Origin: Convolutriloba macropyga
Lineage: Eukaryota
DNA: 64,000 nucleotides
Direction: 5' to 3'
NCBI RefSeq assembly: GCF_964194025.1
Contig: NC_134476.1
Span: 5,270,001-5,334,000 of the forward strand
The first letter of the stretch is position 1. Every line of letters starts with the position of its first letter. Positions 11,101 to 20,215 of this stretch are shown piece by piece. A program made the position numbers and the translations under genes. The notes beneath the pieces were generated by a model that saw only the letters and a list, made by a program, of their open reading frames with translations, was not told where the DNA came from and did no database searches.

Positions 11101-12491
11101 GACTCAAAATCAAAAACAGCTAAATTTTGAAATATTTTATGCTCTGCTTCAACTTCTATACCCACATCCTGTAAACGTTCAAAAATTGTTGAATCAAGTT
11201 GATAGGGTCCCGAAGGATAAACATGCTTGATGTTTTCTTTGCAGTTAGGAACATGTTTTAAAAGAATTTTTGTTCGACTGAAGAAATGATCACAAGTCAA
11301 ACATCTGAACCTTTTCAGAACTGTATCGATATCGTCCGTCCAACAGATGTGATCATCATACTGTAAGAGAGAGATTGTTTGCTGATAAGTATGTGCTGAC
11401 CTCCTACTGAGTTGTCCACAGAGCGTTCCGGATTCATCGTAGCATATTTCAAACAGTTGTATATTACACTTCACTAGATTTTCAACTATTGATATCTCAT
11501 TGGAACAGACACCAGGGAAATTGAAAAGGTCTTGATTGGTTAAATTTATGAAAGATTCGAAGAGTTTGAAGGTTTCTGTTGCTAAATTTTGGGAACCAGA
11601 CAACTCGAAAGCAACAGCACGGAAAAGACATAAGTTATCATGGTATGGTTTCCTGTTACAGTCTCGAAGTAAACACTTGATTCCTTTGTGTCTTAGGAGC
11701 GATTCAGGTAAGTGGATTTGACTACAAGCCAACGGTACATCAATTAAAAGATAAACGAAGAATGATACATTAGTGACGGAATGGAAAATCCACTTCGTAT
11801 CTGGTCGTCTTGATATCAAACTCTCCAAAATTTCGCTTCTATCAATTTCATTTTGAATAACAGCTATATCAGAGAAGTTCGATAACAATAACGGAGTGGG
11901 GAATATGGTGTTGTTATCAGCAGGGTAAAAATACTTGAATGCATCCTCTTCGTGTACGTTTTGTAGCACGGACCCAAAGGCTAGGTTAACTTTTGCGGAG
12001 CATGAGAGTTCATTGTAGATAAGTTCAACTTTTTCTTTCAACACATTAGTATCGATCTCTTTGATTCTAAAATTATAAATTTTTTTACGAATCAATTCCG
12101 TTTTACTGTCACGTAAAAAATGTTGAAGACTTCTCATTTCCTCCATAAGTTTGGGATTGTTATCAAATTCGGACAAGTCAACAGGATCCAGATTCTCTGA
12201 TCTCATAGTTATCTTATGAGTTTCTGAAATGTGTTTGCGAAGTTGATAAAACGTGCTGTACGTATTCGTACAATTGGTACAACTGAAAATATTTCGGTCT
12301 CTGGAGGATTTGTTCTTGTTCGTGACATGTATTCGCACATGAGTTAGTAGTCTTACTTTCGTTTTGAAGGAGGAAGGACAGGACGAACATTTGAAAGGGT
12401 GATTATGAGTATCAAGGTGTCTTTTCAAGTTTTTCAGAAGAATCCGCTTCCCACACTGCTCACAGTTTTTCGTTTCCAAACTTTTGACCAT
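8133..12491 (-). CDS. Protein-primed family B DNA polymerase (~1450 aa if repaired), split into three ORFs by indels at ~10437 and ~9760
   Basis: Three N-terminal C2H2 fingers; OTU-like DNLCLFRAV...YDDHICW; ExoI VFDFES; ExoII GFNSSRYD; GFFPYEW; ExoIII YNNKDV; motif A IDASQLYP; Vsr-like VDGYCAHCNTVFEAMGCFYH; motif B KLIGNSAYG; motif C TDTDSL. Confidence 0.95.
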
Positions 12492-12493
12492 GA

Positions 12494-13126
12494 CTATTTT
12501 TTGATAGTAAAAGAAAGATGGTTAGACTGAAACGTTCTCTGACCTTTGGAAATAGAACAAAATAATTGTAGAAATTCACTTCCAAGTTCTGATTGTAAAA
12601 TCTTTGACAGGTCACACAAAAAGGAGATAGGAATGACTTCAGTTGAACCAGTAAGATGATTGGATGTGTTCCAGGATAAAAGATATCTACTTTGCTTCTG
12701 GTAAAATTTAAAACGCTTACGGAGAAGTCTTTTCTTAGCAACACTCGGTCTTTTCAAAGCTATAAACGGTAAACTTCGATGAAATTCTGAGGCTTCAGTT
12801 AACTTTTGGAACAGTTGTCCACTCTGTTTGAGTACGTTTCTGAAATAGTAATGGTAAGCCGTAAACAAACAATCAACTGTCTGATATCTAAATTCTATAA
12901 GATCAAATTTTTCTGGTGAAAAGATAGAGTTTGAGCGATCGTACAAAAGTGTGTGGAAGTTACAGTTCTTGTTTTTACATGAAGATGATGAATGAGAAGA
13001 TAATGAGAACTGTTCAAATCTTTCGAGAAAGATAGGACTAGGTTTTAGACCTGTGCAGAGAAGAACACATCTATCACTGAAAGTAAGGAAAAACGGTGGG
13101 AACAACTCAGAGTGTCCACAAGCCAT
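12494..13126 (-). CDS. Polinton hypothetical protein, 210 aa, Cys/His-containing with a basic patch
   Basis: Long ATG ORF whose stop lies 2 bp before the pPolB ATG; KRPSVAKKRLLRKR is NLS-like. Confidence 0.75.
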   Translation of the reverse strand: MACGHSELFPPFFLTFSDRCVLLCTGLKPSPIFLERFEQFSLSSHSSSSCKNKNCNFHTLLYDRSNSIFSPEKFDLIEFRYQTVDCLFTAYHYYFRNVLKQSGQLFQKLTEASEFHRSLPFIALKRPSVAKKRLLRKRFKFYQKQSRYLLSWNTSNHLTGSTEVIPISFLCDLSKILQSELGSEFLQLFCSISKGQRTFQSNHLSFTIKK

Positions 13127-13490
13127 AATCGTAATTTACTCCGAACATTTCAACTCTTGTTTTCTTTTTTTTTACATTAAATTTCCTTTTAAGGATACAA
13201 TAGATTAAAAGGGTCATAAATTGTTGTTTACATCTAATGACGGTATGAATAAAAATAGGATGATGTCATGACCTGATAGATTATTGGTTAACGAGGAAGA
13301 AGATATGATATTATAATGACGCAACCGACTCTGATAACCAATCAGTAATTAGTTCATAGCATCATTCTATTTTTATCATCCAATCAGAATAAACACGAAG
13401 TAGTTCTTCAATCTTTCACTCGAATCTCATTCTTATTTGTTTTCCTTGGATACTGGTGATAAAAATTGAGACAAATTAATTATTTCCATA
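13127..13490. promoter_or_regulatory. Putative bidirectional promoter between the replication and accessory gene blocks
   Basis: Lies between divergent ORFs. ATTGG at 13283, CCAAT at 13338 and 13380, ATF/CEBP-like TGACGCAA at 13317. Confidence 0.55.
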
Positions 13491-14177
13491 ATGAGTGAAC
13501 AGGGAAATGATATTTCAACAAAAAATTTGGAGAGCAAATCGATGTTGGAAAAATATCGGGAGGTTGGATTTCTACAAGATGCTTATGAATCTGACTATTT
13601 TGCTGATTTCATTGCTTATCCTAATAGAGTTTTCCGACTTTCATTACCTAAATCAGTCGATGGAAACAATCTACCCACTAATTGGATTCATCTAAAACTT
13701 TATCGTCTGACGACCGAAAAAATGATGTTACATCAGATCATGTTCCTCTCTATCTTTGAGGTACAAAAACTTGTTTACAACCTCCCAGGAATAATGCGTT
13801 TTGCTGAAGAATCGTTCCGAAGGAATCCAAACAACATTTCACAGGAGGGAAACGCAGTGGTAGATTACGGATTTCTAACACCAGAGCAGGATGCTGAGTA
13901 CTGTGATCAGTATTGGGATGTCTTGGAGACTGCTAGGCGAAAACTACGAGTGTCAACAGTTTGGTACGAAAAACAAGACTTCTCCAGGACATACTTCCAA
14001 ATCAAACTTTTTACGAGAAAGTCGGTTGATGCTGAATTCGTGAAGAAGGGTTGTGTCATCATTCGAGTGGGAGAAATGCAAAAAATGATTGACCATTCAG
14101 ATGCAATGATTGAGCAGATGGCGCGTGAATCTTTCCGAAGAACCTCAACATCAATGTTAAACAACAAAAAAGAATAA
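13491..14177 (+). CDS. 228-aa protein with an internal duplication; putative tandem PC4-like ssDNA-binding domains
   Basis: Both halves end in ESFRR and show a beta-strand then helix pattern resembling PC4. AATAAA overlaps the stop. The CDS is well supported; the fold is inferred. Confidence 0.6.
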   Translation: MSEQGNDISTKNLESKSMLEKYREVGFLQDAYESDYFADFIAYPNRVFRLSLPKSVDGNNLPTNWIHLKLYRLTTEKMMLHQIMFLSIFEVQKLVYNLPGIMRFAEESFRRNPNNISQEGNAVVDYGFLTPEQDAEYCDQYWDVLETARRKLRVSTVWYEKQDFSRTYFQIKLFTRKSVDAEFVKKGCVIIRVGEMQKMIDHSDAMIEQMARESFRRTSTSMLNNKKE

Positions 14178-14280
14178 AACTATGTGAACTCATATTAATT
14201 TGTCATTGTTGATGCTAATGATTTTGTGTACAAAAAAAAATAAAAAATTCATTCCAAAAAATTCTTTCATTTATTGTAGT

Positions 14281-14673
14281 ATGATTAACATTGGAGAAAA
14301 TCGTAGAATAATTTTAAAAACTTTAGAGAAAAAATCTGTAACTTTTTTCTATTTAAGAGTTTTTGAGCTAGCAAACCATCGAAAAACTCTACAACTAACA
14401 TTTTTGGAAGCTAAAAATCTCCCAGCAGAGTTACAAAATCTCACGAAATTATCGTTCTCAAACGGACGAAGGCTGATTGAGTTAAATAAACTCAACAAAG
14501 ATCAGTATAAACTCATAGTTTATCAGTACAAGAAAGATCATTTCGAAATTCGTCAAATTGTTATTTTAACAGAGAGTGAGTATAAGAATTTGTACAAATA
14601 CATCCAATCTCATCAAATTCCTGAGGAAGACACCTTCAGTCCCGAAATTGATTTAGATACATCTATCAGATGA
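14281..14673 (+). CDS. 130-aa protein; putative tandem PC4-like domains
   Basis: MINIGENRRIILKTLEKKSVTFFYLRVF...LQLTFLEAKNL resembles PC4 [25 protein letters not shown]...ISLNPEQWSQL. ATGA overlap with the next gene. Start at 14281 is my choice. Confidence 0.6.
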   Translation: MINIGENRRIILKTLEKKSVTFFYLRVFELANHRKTLQLTFLEAKNLPAELQNLTKLSFSNGRRLIELNKLNKDQYKLIVYQYKKDHFEIRQIVILTESEYKNLYKYIQSHQIPEEDTFSPEIDLDTSIR

Positions 14674-15080
14674 ATCTCGAAACAATTTTCAACAACAAAC
14701 GAATACTGAGTTGTGACTATAGCGAGTTAGACATAGGTCAACGCAAGCTTTATTTTCTTGCAACTTGTCTTTCAATAAAAGCAGATGTTGATATTCATCA
14801 AGTGAACGAATTATGTCCCTATGGAGGATTGATCGGTGTTGGGAATTCACAGCTCGAAAAAATTTTTGGAGGATCAAAAATTTTGAGAATGCATGCTATG
14901 ATTCACGACGCATGTGGTTTTATGAAATTTAATTATGGTGAAGGACCCGGTTACTGTTATATGATTCCGAATGCTCCTGACTGGATGAATAAGTGTGTAC
15001 TTGGTCACGTGACAGGAGTCCTGTACTGTCTATACTTGAAAACATTTCAGAACTGTTCATTCAACAAAATTGATATTTGA
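14670..15080 (+). CDS. Phospholipase A2-like protein, 136 aa
   Basis: YGGLIGVGN (Ca-loop-like) followed by HAMIHDA (His-Asp dyad), as in viral PLA2 domains. Confidence 0.65.
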   Translation: MNLETIFNNKRILSCDYSELDIGQRKLYFLATCLSIKADVDIHQVNELCPYGGLIGVGNSQLEKIFGGSKILRMHAMIHDACGFMKFNYGEGPGYCYMIPNAPDWMNKCVLGHVTGVLYCLYLKTFQNCSFNKIDI

Positions 15081-15771
15081 TAATTGGTCGAACCGAAAAA
15101 AAAAGAATCTGGTAGTAGTTGTTGATGTGGAACTATTCCCCAACGGTATCGTCAAAGAAATTGGGATGTATAGAAATGGTACAATTATTGGACTCTCTTT
15201 TTGCGCCCCCTTTCCGTACGAAGATCTTGAAAAATGGGAGAAACGACAAACCAAATGGTTAACCAAGAACCTTCACAAGATTGACTGGTCATCGGGTGAA
15301 ATACCTTACGACTACTTACCTTATGTTATAGATCTAATTCGAGAACCTCAGATAATTGAAGAGAAACAACTTGATGGTGAATTATGGTGGAGTAAATTGA
15401 AATACATTTCACTGATTGAAAAGGAAGATTCGTTTCCAACTGGTGAAATAAAATTACAGCGTGAGAAAAGTACAGCCAACGATATTAGTGGGAAATTGAT
15501 ATACTTTGCGAAAGGACTCCAGAAGTGTACTCTTCTATCATCAATTTTTCACGAAGATTTTGTTGATTTGGATACTATACTTTGTCCGACAGCTGAAGAA
15601 CTACATGAACAATACATGAACACTGAAAAAATCTCAGAGTGTGCACAATACCCAGTGGAGCATGGAGGAAATTTTACAAAACATTGCGCTCAGAAAAAAG
15701 TTCACTTATTTGGTATTTGGCTTCAAAAACAGCAAGAGTATGAAAACTTTGTAAACTGTCTTGTCAATTGA
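15070..15771 (+). CDS. DnaQ/DEDD-fold nuclease-like protein with Maelstrom-like Zn ligands; start codon unresolved
   Basis: VVVDVE...VKEIG, WLTKNLHKIDWSSG, YFAKG, DLDTILCP, C...H...HCA. No in-frame ATG before the DxE motif (the ORF track uses TTG). Confidence 0.65.
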   Translation: MIFDNWSNRKKKNLVVVVDVELFPNGIVKEIGMYRNGTIIGLSFCAPFPYEDLEKWEKRQTKWLTKNLHKIDWSSGEIPYDYLPYVIDLIREPQIIEEKQLDGELWWSKLKYISLIEKEDSFPTGEIKLQREKSTANDISGKLIYFAKGLQKCTLLSSIFHEDFVDLDTILCPTAEELHEQYMNTEKISECAQYPVEHGGNFTKHCAQKKVHLFGIWLQKQQEYENFVNCLVN

Positions 15772-15838
15772 TTGTGTTCTGTAACTGAGTCATTAAATTG
15801 AATTCAATTCTTTAAAACAGTTCGTTTTTACAACAGGA

Positions 15839-16141
15839 ATGATGAAAAAAGATTTAGAAACAAATAACGGAAAAGATGAGGTTGATGGGTTTACGGGTGG
15901 TTTAACTCAAGATATTGTTTTTGATCATACAAACCAAGAAAGGAAACCTTGGACAATTTGTGGTAAAAACTGTTCCAGATCGTTTCTAGTCTTTATGTAC
16001 CAGTGCTTATTGATTCTGATTCTTACTACGATGAGTATTATTCGGATAACATTGGCTGAAACGTGTGAGGAAACGACCATTTGGGTGGCTGTACTGACAA
16101 GTTCTGTTGGCTACATGCTTCCATCTCCTCGTCCGACATAG
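15839..16141 (+). CDS. Small two-transmembrane protein, 100 aa
   Basis: Two hydrophobic helices (FLVFMYQCLLILILTTMSII; IWVAVLTSSVGYMLPSP), a pattern I recognise from Polinton small membrane proteins. Confidence 0.75.
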   Translation: MMKKDLETNNGKDEVDGFTGGLTQDIVFDHTNQERKPWTICGKNCSRSFLVFMYQCLLILILTTMSIIRITLAETCEETTIWVAVLTSSVGYMLPSPRPT

Positions 16142-16210
16142 GGAAAAAATTTTGGAGTAAGTAATTGTATTGATCTTGAGAGGTTTTATATCAAATAATT
16201 GGTGCCTGAC

Positions 16211-16360
16211 CGCGAGCGCCGGATTTAATTTCGTAACGCGTCGTCGGTTTTAAATTAAAGACGCGTCGGCGGTTTTAAATTAAAGACGCGTCGGCGGTTT
16301 TAAATTAAAGACGCGTCGGCGGTATTAAATTAACTACGCGGCGACGGTTTTAATTCAACA
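16211..16360. repeat. 6 x 25-bp tandem repeat upstream of the ATPase/structural block
   Basis: Consensus ACGCGTCGGCGGTTTTAAATTAAAG, at 16236, 16261, 16286, 16311 and 16336, plus a degenerate copy at 16211. Confidence 0.93.
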
Positions 16361-16475
16361 ACGCAACGCAAGAAATTTTTTTGATCAATTCTCAAGAAGT
16401 CATTTGTTGATTTGATAACAAAAAGATTAGTTACTCCTCAAAAGAAGAAAAACCGTTGACCAAAAAGTTGAAAAT

Positions 16476-17228
16476 ATGAATAAAATTATCTCAACCGATG
16501 AAAGAGTTTTTATGGCATTAGTTGGTCCCAGTGGCTGTGGGAAAAGTTACCTGATTTACGAAATGTTGAAAAATAAAACGTTTTATCCAAAGTTTGATAA
16601 GATAATCTATTTTTACAAATACTATCAGAATCTTTACGATCGAATGTTGACTGATTTAGATAATATCGAATTCATTGAAACACCTGATTTCGAGCTGATT
16701 GAAAATTTACCAAACGATGGAACGAACTATCTGATAATTTTTGACGATTCCTGTGAAGAGATTTCAAAGTCTAAAGAATTTAATCAATTAGCAACAGCAG
16801 GAAGACATAGAAAGCTTAACTGTCTCTACATAAAACATAACCTATACCATAAAAACTCTGGAGGTAGGGATGCAGAGCTTCAAAACACACATATCGTTCT
16901 GTTTAAATCTCCTCGAGATGTGCAACAGATTGGAGTCTTGGGAAAACAGTTAGGTTTAGGTAAGCAATTAGTGTACTGGTACAATGACGCAACAGCAAAA
17001 CCATACGGACATCTAATGATTGATCTCTCTCCGCGAACTCCAGATATATTACGTTTCAGCACAAATTCCACATCATTTCCATCTTTATTCTTCCTACCAA
17101 ACAGTAAGGCTCGCACAACAGAGATTGATGATAACCGTGCAGAACTTCTATATGCTAAAGCTCTTTCTAGAATTCAAGCCGAACCTCCAAAAAATTGTCC
17201 TCCAGAATTGTTCCAAGGAATTTATTAG
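16476..17228 (+). CDS. Genome-packaging ATPase (FtsK/HerA, A32-like)
   Basis: Walker A GPSGCGKS, Walker B LIIFDD, AGRH motif, HIVLFKSPRD. Confidence 0.95.
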   Translation: MNKIISTDERVFMALVGPSGCGKSYLIYEMLKNKTFYPKFDKIIYFYKYYQNLYDRMLTDLDNIEFIETPDFELIENLPNDGTNYLIIFDDSCEEISKSKEFNQLATAGRHRKLNCLYIKHNLYHKNSGGRDAELQNTHIVLFKSPRDVQQIGVLGKQLGLGKQLVYWYNDATAKPYGHLMIDLSPRTPDILRFSTNSTSFPSLFFLPNSKARTTEIDDNRAELLYAKALSRIQAEPPKNCPPELFQGIY

Positions 17229-17481
17229 ATTCCTCTGTGAATGTACCAAAAATTTAGTCTTAGGCAAATTTGAAAACATCAAAAAATCACAGGTGAAAAA
17301 ATTTGAGGGTTGTTTGAAAAGAATACTATCCAAAAACACATCACAGAAGGAACGTCGTTTCTTGTTATCCTCAAATCGCGGACTACAACTTATAAATTTT
17401 CTAGGACAGTTCGTGATTTCCAAGTTCTCATCAAACTTCAACTCGGATGGGAACAGAAAAATTGATAAACAATTCGACTAA
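17152..17481 (+). CDS. Conserved small Polinton protein downstream of the ATPase (~109 aa, amphipathic C-terminus)
   Basis: FLCECTKNLVLG motif and position overlapping the ATPase 3' end. Start at ATG 17152 is my choice. Confidence 0.75.
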   Translation: MLKLFLEFKPNLQKIVLQNCSKEFIRFLCECTKNLVLGKFENIKKSQVKKFEGCLKRILSKNTSQKERRFLLSSNRGLQLINFLGQFVISKFSSNFNSDGNRKIDKQFD

Positions 17482-18052
17482 AAAGTTTGTTTTGATACCA
17501 CAACAACTGTGGGATAGATATAGTTCATTAGAAGTTACAAATAAAAACGTGCAACTTGATACTACTAAAACAGTGAGTTCAACCGAAGAACAAACACCCA
17601 CCAATTCAATATTCGTGAAACAAAAAGAAGAGAAGATTGAAAAATCTATTCCTCAAACGCAGAAAGTTGAATTGGAAGGAACCGAAGACCAAAAGTTGGA
17701 GGAAACTGTTAATGGTGAAAAAACCGAACAACTGAAGAAATTTTTCATGCTGAAAATAAAAACAAACGGATACAAAAAGAAAATATTACAGGAATTGTTC
17801 AAATCAGACGCAATCAAATTCTCCAACGATTTAACAATCATAGCCAATAACGTTGACACAAATATTCCTGTTCTCTCATTCATTGACACCATTCGTAGCT
17901 CAAAGAAACGAGCGTTTACGGACCTACATCAATTAGTACTAAATACAGTAAACATCCCTTCCCAACTTATAGTTAACCCCAATGCCATCAAAAACAAACA
18001 AATTAAAAAGTCGGACCAAGAGAAAATTGGATGGGTACCTTTCACTTTCTGA
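17447..18052 (+). CDS. Conserved Polinton protein preceding the integrase, 201 aa
   Basis: N-terminal KKFVLIP motif, C-terminal W, syntenic position; overlaps both neighbours. Confidence 0.75.
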   Translation: MGTEKLINNSTKKFVLIPQQLWDRYSSLEVTNKNVQLDTTKTVSSTEEQTPTNSIFVKQKEEKIEKSIPQTQKVELEGTEDQKLEETVNGEKTEQLKKFFMLKIKTNGYKKKILQELFKSDAIKFSNDLTIIANNVDTNIPVLSFIDTIRSSKKRAFTDLHQLVLNTVNIPSQLIVNPNAIKNKQIKKSDQEKIGWVPFTF

Positions 18053-18974
18053 CAGGATGAAGTTGACTAAGCTATATCGCAAAGGAGAAAGTGCCTACGG
18101 TTCTATAAAAAATCTCGTTAGAGTGAGTGGAATTCCAGAAAGATTGGTAAAACAGTTTCTTCATTCCAAAGCATCCTATACAAAACATCGACAAGCAAAG
18201 CGTAAACATGATCGATTACCGGTGAGATGTCGTTTTATTAATGAAATTTGGTGTATGGACTTGGCACAGGTTGACAAACTTGCAGACAGTAATGGAGTAA
18301 TAAAGTATTTAATGCTAATTGTGGATGTATTCTCTCGATTTGTTCGTGTCGGTACAATGCGAAACAAAAGCGCAGAGACAGCTAAAGCTTGTTTCATCAA
18401 CCTTTGTTCAGAAAAAAATGATCTCATTTTCCCTCGGAAACTTTGGATAGACTCAGGAAAAGAGTTTTTGGCAGACTTTAAGAACTTTTGTGAGGATGCG
18501 GGTATTCGAGTATATAGTACTCACACAGAAAAGAAAGCATTGTTTGCTGAGAGGTACATTCAGTCCTTCAAAAATATTTTGTACCGTTTCCTTGAGGAAC
18601 GTAAAACCACTCACTACAAAAAACATCTTCAAGAGTTTGTGAACAATATGAACAGCCGAGTCAACAACACAACAGGTCTTGCGCCCAAAGATGTTAGGAA
18701 TCACCACTACTTACAAGTTCTTCATTCCAGTCGACAGCAAATGAAGATTCCGAAGCTAAGAAAACCGAAATTACAACCGGGTGATAAAGTTCGCTTAGCT
18801 TATGCAGAAAAAAGTTTTCGCAAAGGGTACAAAGCACAGTTCAGCGACGATGTGTACGAAATTGTTCGAATAACAACTATCAAACCTGTCGTGACTTACC
18901 AAGTTAAAGATGAGACAGGAGAAACCTTAAAAGGTCGGTACTACGAACAAGAACTACAAAAAACAATCATTTGA
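17982..18974 (+). CDS. Retroviral-like DDE integrase (Polinton c-integrase)
   Basis: WCMD, VDVFSR, WIDSGKEF, AERYI; C-terminal GDKVRL...FRKGY...YYEQELQ. Confidence 0.96.
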   Translation: MPSKTNKLKSRTKRKLDGYLSLSDRMKLTKLYRKGESAYGSIKNLVRVSGIPERLVKQFLHSKASYTKHRQAKRKHDRLPVRCRFINEIWCMDLAQVDKLADSNGVIKYLMLIVDVFSRFVRVGTMRNKSAETAKACFINLCSEKNDLIFPRKLWIDSGKEFLADFKNFCEDAGIRVYSTHTEKKALFAERYIQSFKNILYRFLEERKTTHYKKHLQEFVNNMNSRVNNTTGLAPKDVRNHHYLQVLHSSRQQMKIPKLRKPKLQPGDKVRLAYAEKSFRKGYKAQFSDDVYEIVRITTIKPVVTYQVKDETGETLKGRYYEQELQKTII

Positions 18975-18976
18975 TT

Positions 18977-19816
18977 ATGGACTATCATATTGTTGAGTTG
19001 CTATCCAATGCTTCTGATAAAATTTATCCAGATAATACACTTTCATGCTTCACAGTATTTTTACCCGAACAGTTAAACTTTGAGGGTGAGTGGGAAGTAG
19101 CGCTACTAGAAATTTTGCACCCATCAGCGTACAACAACATTTCCGAGGGTAAATTTTGGTATGTTGATTCAAAATCCGATTCTAGAGATGAGACGCAAAC
19201 TAACCCTGACACAGGTCTAAGCATTAAGCTAGACCCTATTTACATTGCTCCAGGTCTTTATATGTCCTTAGCAGAAATTCTTCTTGCAATGAATGATGCT
19301 CTGGGGAAGATAAGACCGAAAGAGAAAGTTAACATCAAGTGGAGTTTGGATAATGTTTCAAGCAAAGTAAAAATAACTCTTCCCTCAGAAAACTCCCAGT
19401 TGATTGTTGCAAACCAAGACTTAGCATCAATCTTAGGTTTCAAATCCAACTTCTGGCTATACACAAAAGGTCCACATATCAGTCAGTACCCGATTGATAT
19501 CCTCAGAATTCATTCTGTAATGGTTTACACAGACATTGTAGAGTACAGCATAATTGGAGATACCAAAGCTCCTATACTCCGAACTTTTCCTTTCAACCAA
19601 AAAGTTCAACACGGGAATATATCGGTTACTAAATTCATGAGCTACACTTCGTTTCAAAATCTTCATTTCCGTAAACTGTTAAAAAACTCGTTTCAGACAA
19701 TCAAAATAGAACTTCGATCACAAACTGGAGAGTTAATCCCTTTCGTTGATAGGGGTCTAACTAGTTTAGTTCTTCTCTTTCGCAAAAAGCAATCACTTTC
19801 AGTTAATCACCCCTAA
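18977..19816 (+). CDS. Minor capsid protein (penton)
   Basis: LLSNASDKIYPDNTLSCFTVFLP...WEVALLEI, VYTDIVE...IGDTKAPILR; typical Polinton penton motifs. Confidence 0.9.
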   Translation: MDYHIVELLSNASDKIYPDNTLSCFTVFLPEQLNFEGEWEVALLEILHPSAYNNISEGKFWYVDSKSDSRDETQTNPDTGLSIKLDPIYIAPGLYMSLAEILLAMNDALGKIRPKEKVNIKWSLDNVSSKVKITLPSENSQLIVANQDLASILGFKSNFWLYTKGPHISQYPIDILRIHSVMVYTDIVEYSIIGDTKAPILRTFPFNQKVQHGNISVTKFMSYTSFQNLHFRKLLKNSFQTIKIELRSQTGELIPFVDRGLTSLVLLFRKKQSLSVNHP

Positions 19817-19819
19817 CAA

Positions 19820-20167
19820 ATGGCAGGCTATAATTCTTTACCATACTTTAGCGGAGTACCTCGTCAAAGAGGACGTGGTCTGGGTGCTTTTGCTGGTACA
19901 GTGGCTCGTTCCGCTTTCCCAATACTGAAAAAATATTTTGTACCCGCAGCCAAAAGAATTGGAAAAGATCTAATTGAAGCCGCGATACCTCAAATCGATG
20001 AAGTGATGTCAGGTCGTAGTAATATTAAAAAAGCTGCAAAGCGTACAGCTACTGCAACTCTTAAGAAACAGTTGGGAGCAGGACCTCCACGGAAAAAGTC
20101 TAAACTGAAGAAATCGAAAGCTCCGCGAAAGAAAAAGAAAAAAAATCACTTCAAAAAAATCACGTAA
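19820..20167 (+). CDS. Basic virion core protein with protease-cleavage-like Gly motifs; may extend to 20207
   Basis: QRGRGLG and QLGAG motifs, Lys/Arg-rich tail. A 1-nt shift in the A run near 20140 would end it KSRKQTSRQDYLKHLP* just before the hexon ATG. Confidence 0.85.
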   Translation: MAGYNSLPYFSGVPRQRGRGLGAFAGTVARSAFPILKKYFVPAAKRIGKDLIEAAIPQIDEVMSGRSNIKKAAKRTATATLKKQLGAGPPRKKSKLKKSKAPRKKKKKNHFKKIT

Positions 20168-20215
20168 GCAAACCAGTCGTCAAGATTACTTGAAACATTT
20201 ACCTTAAACAAAACG

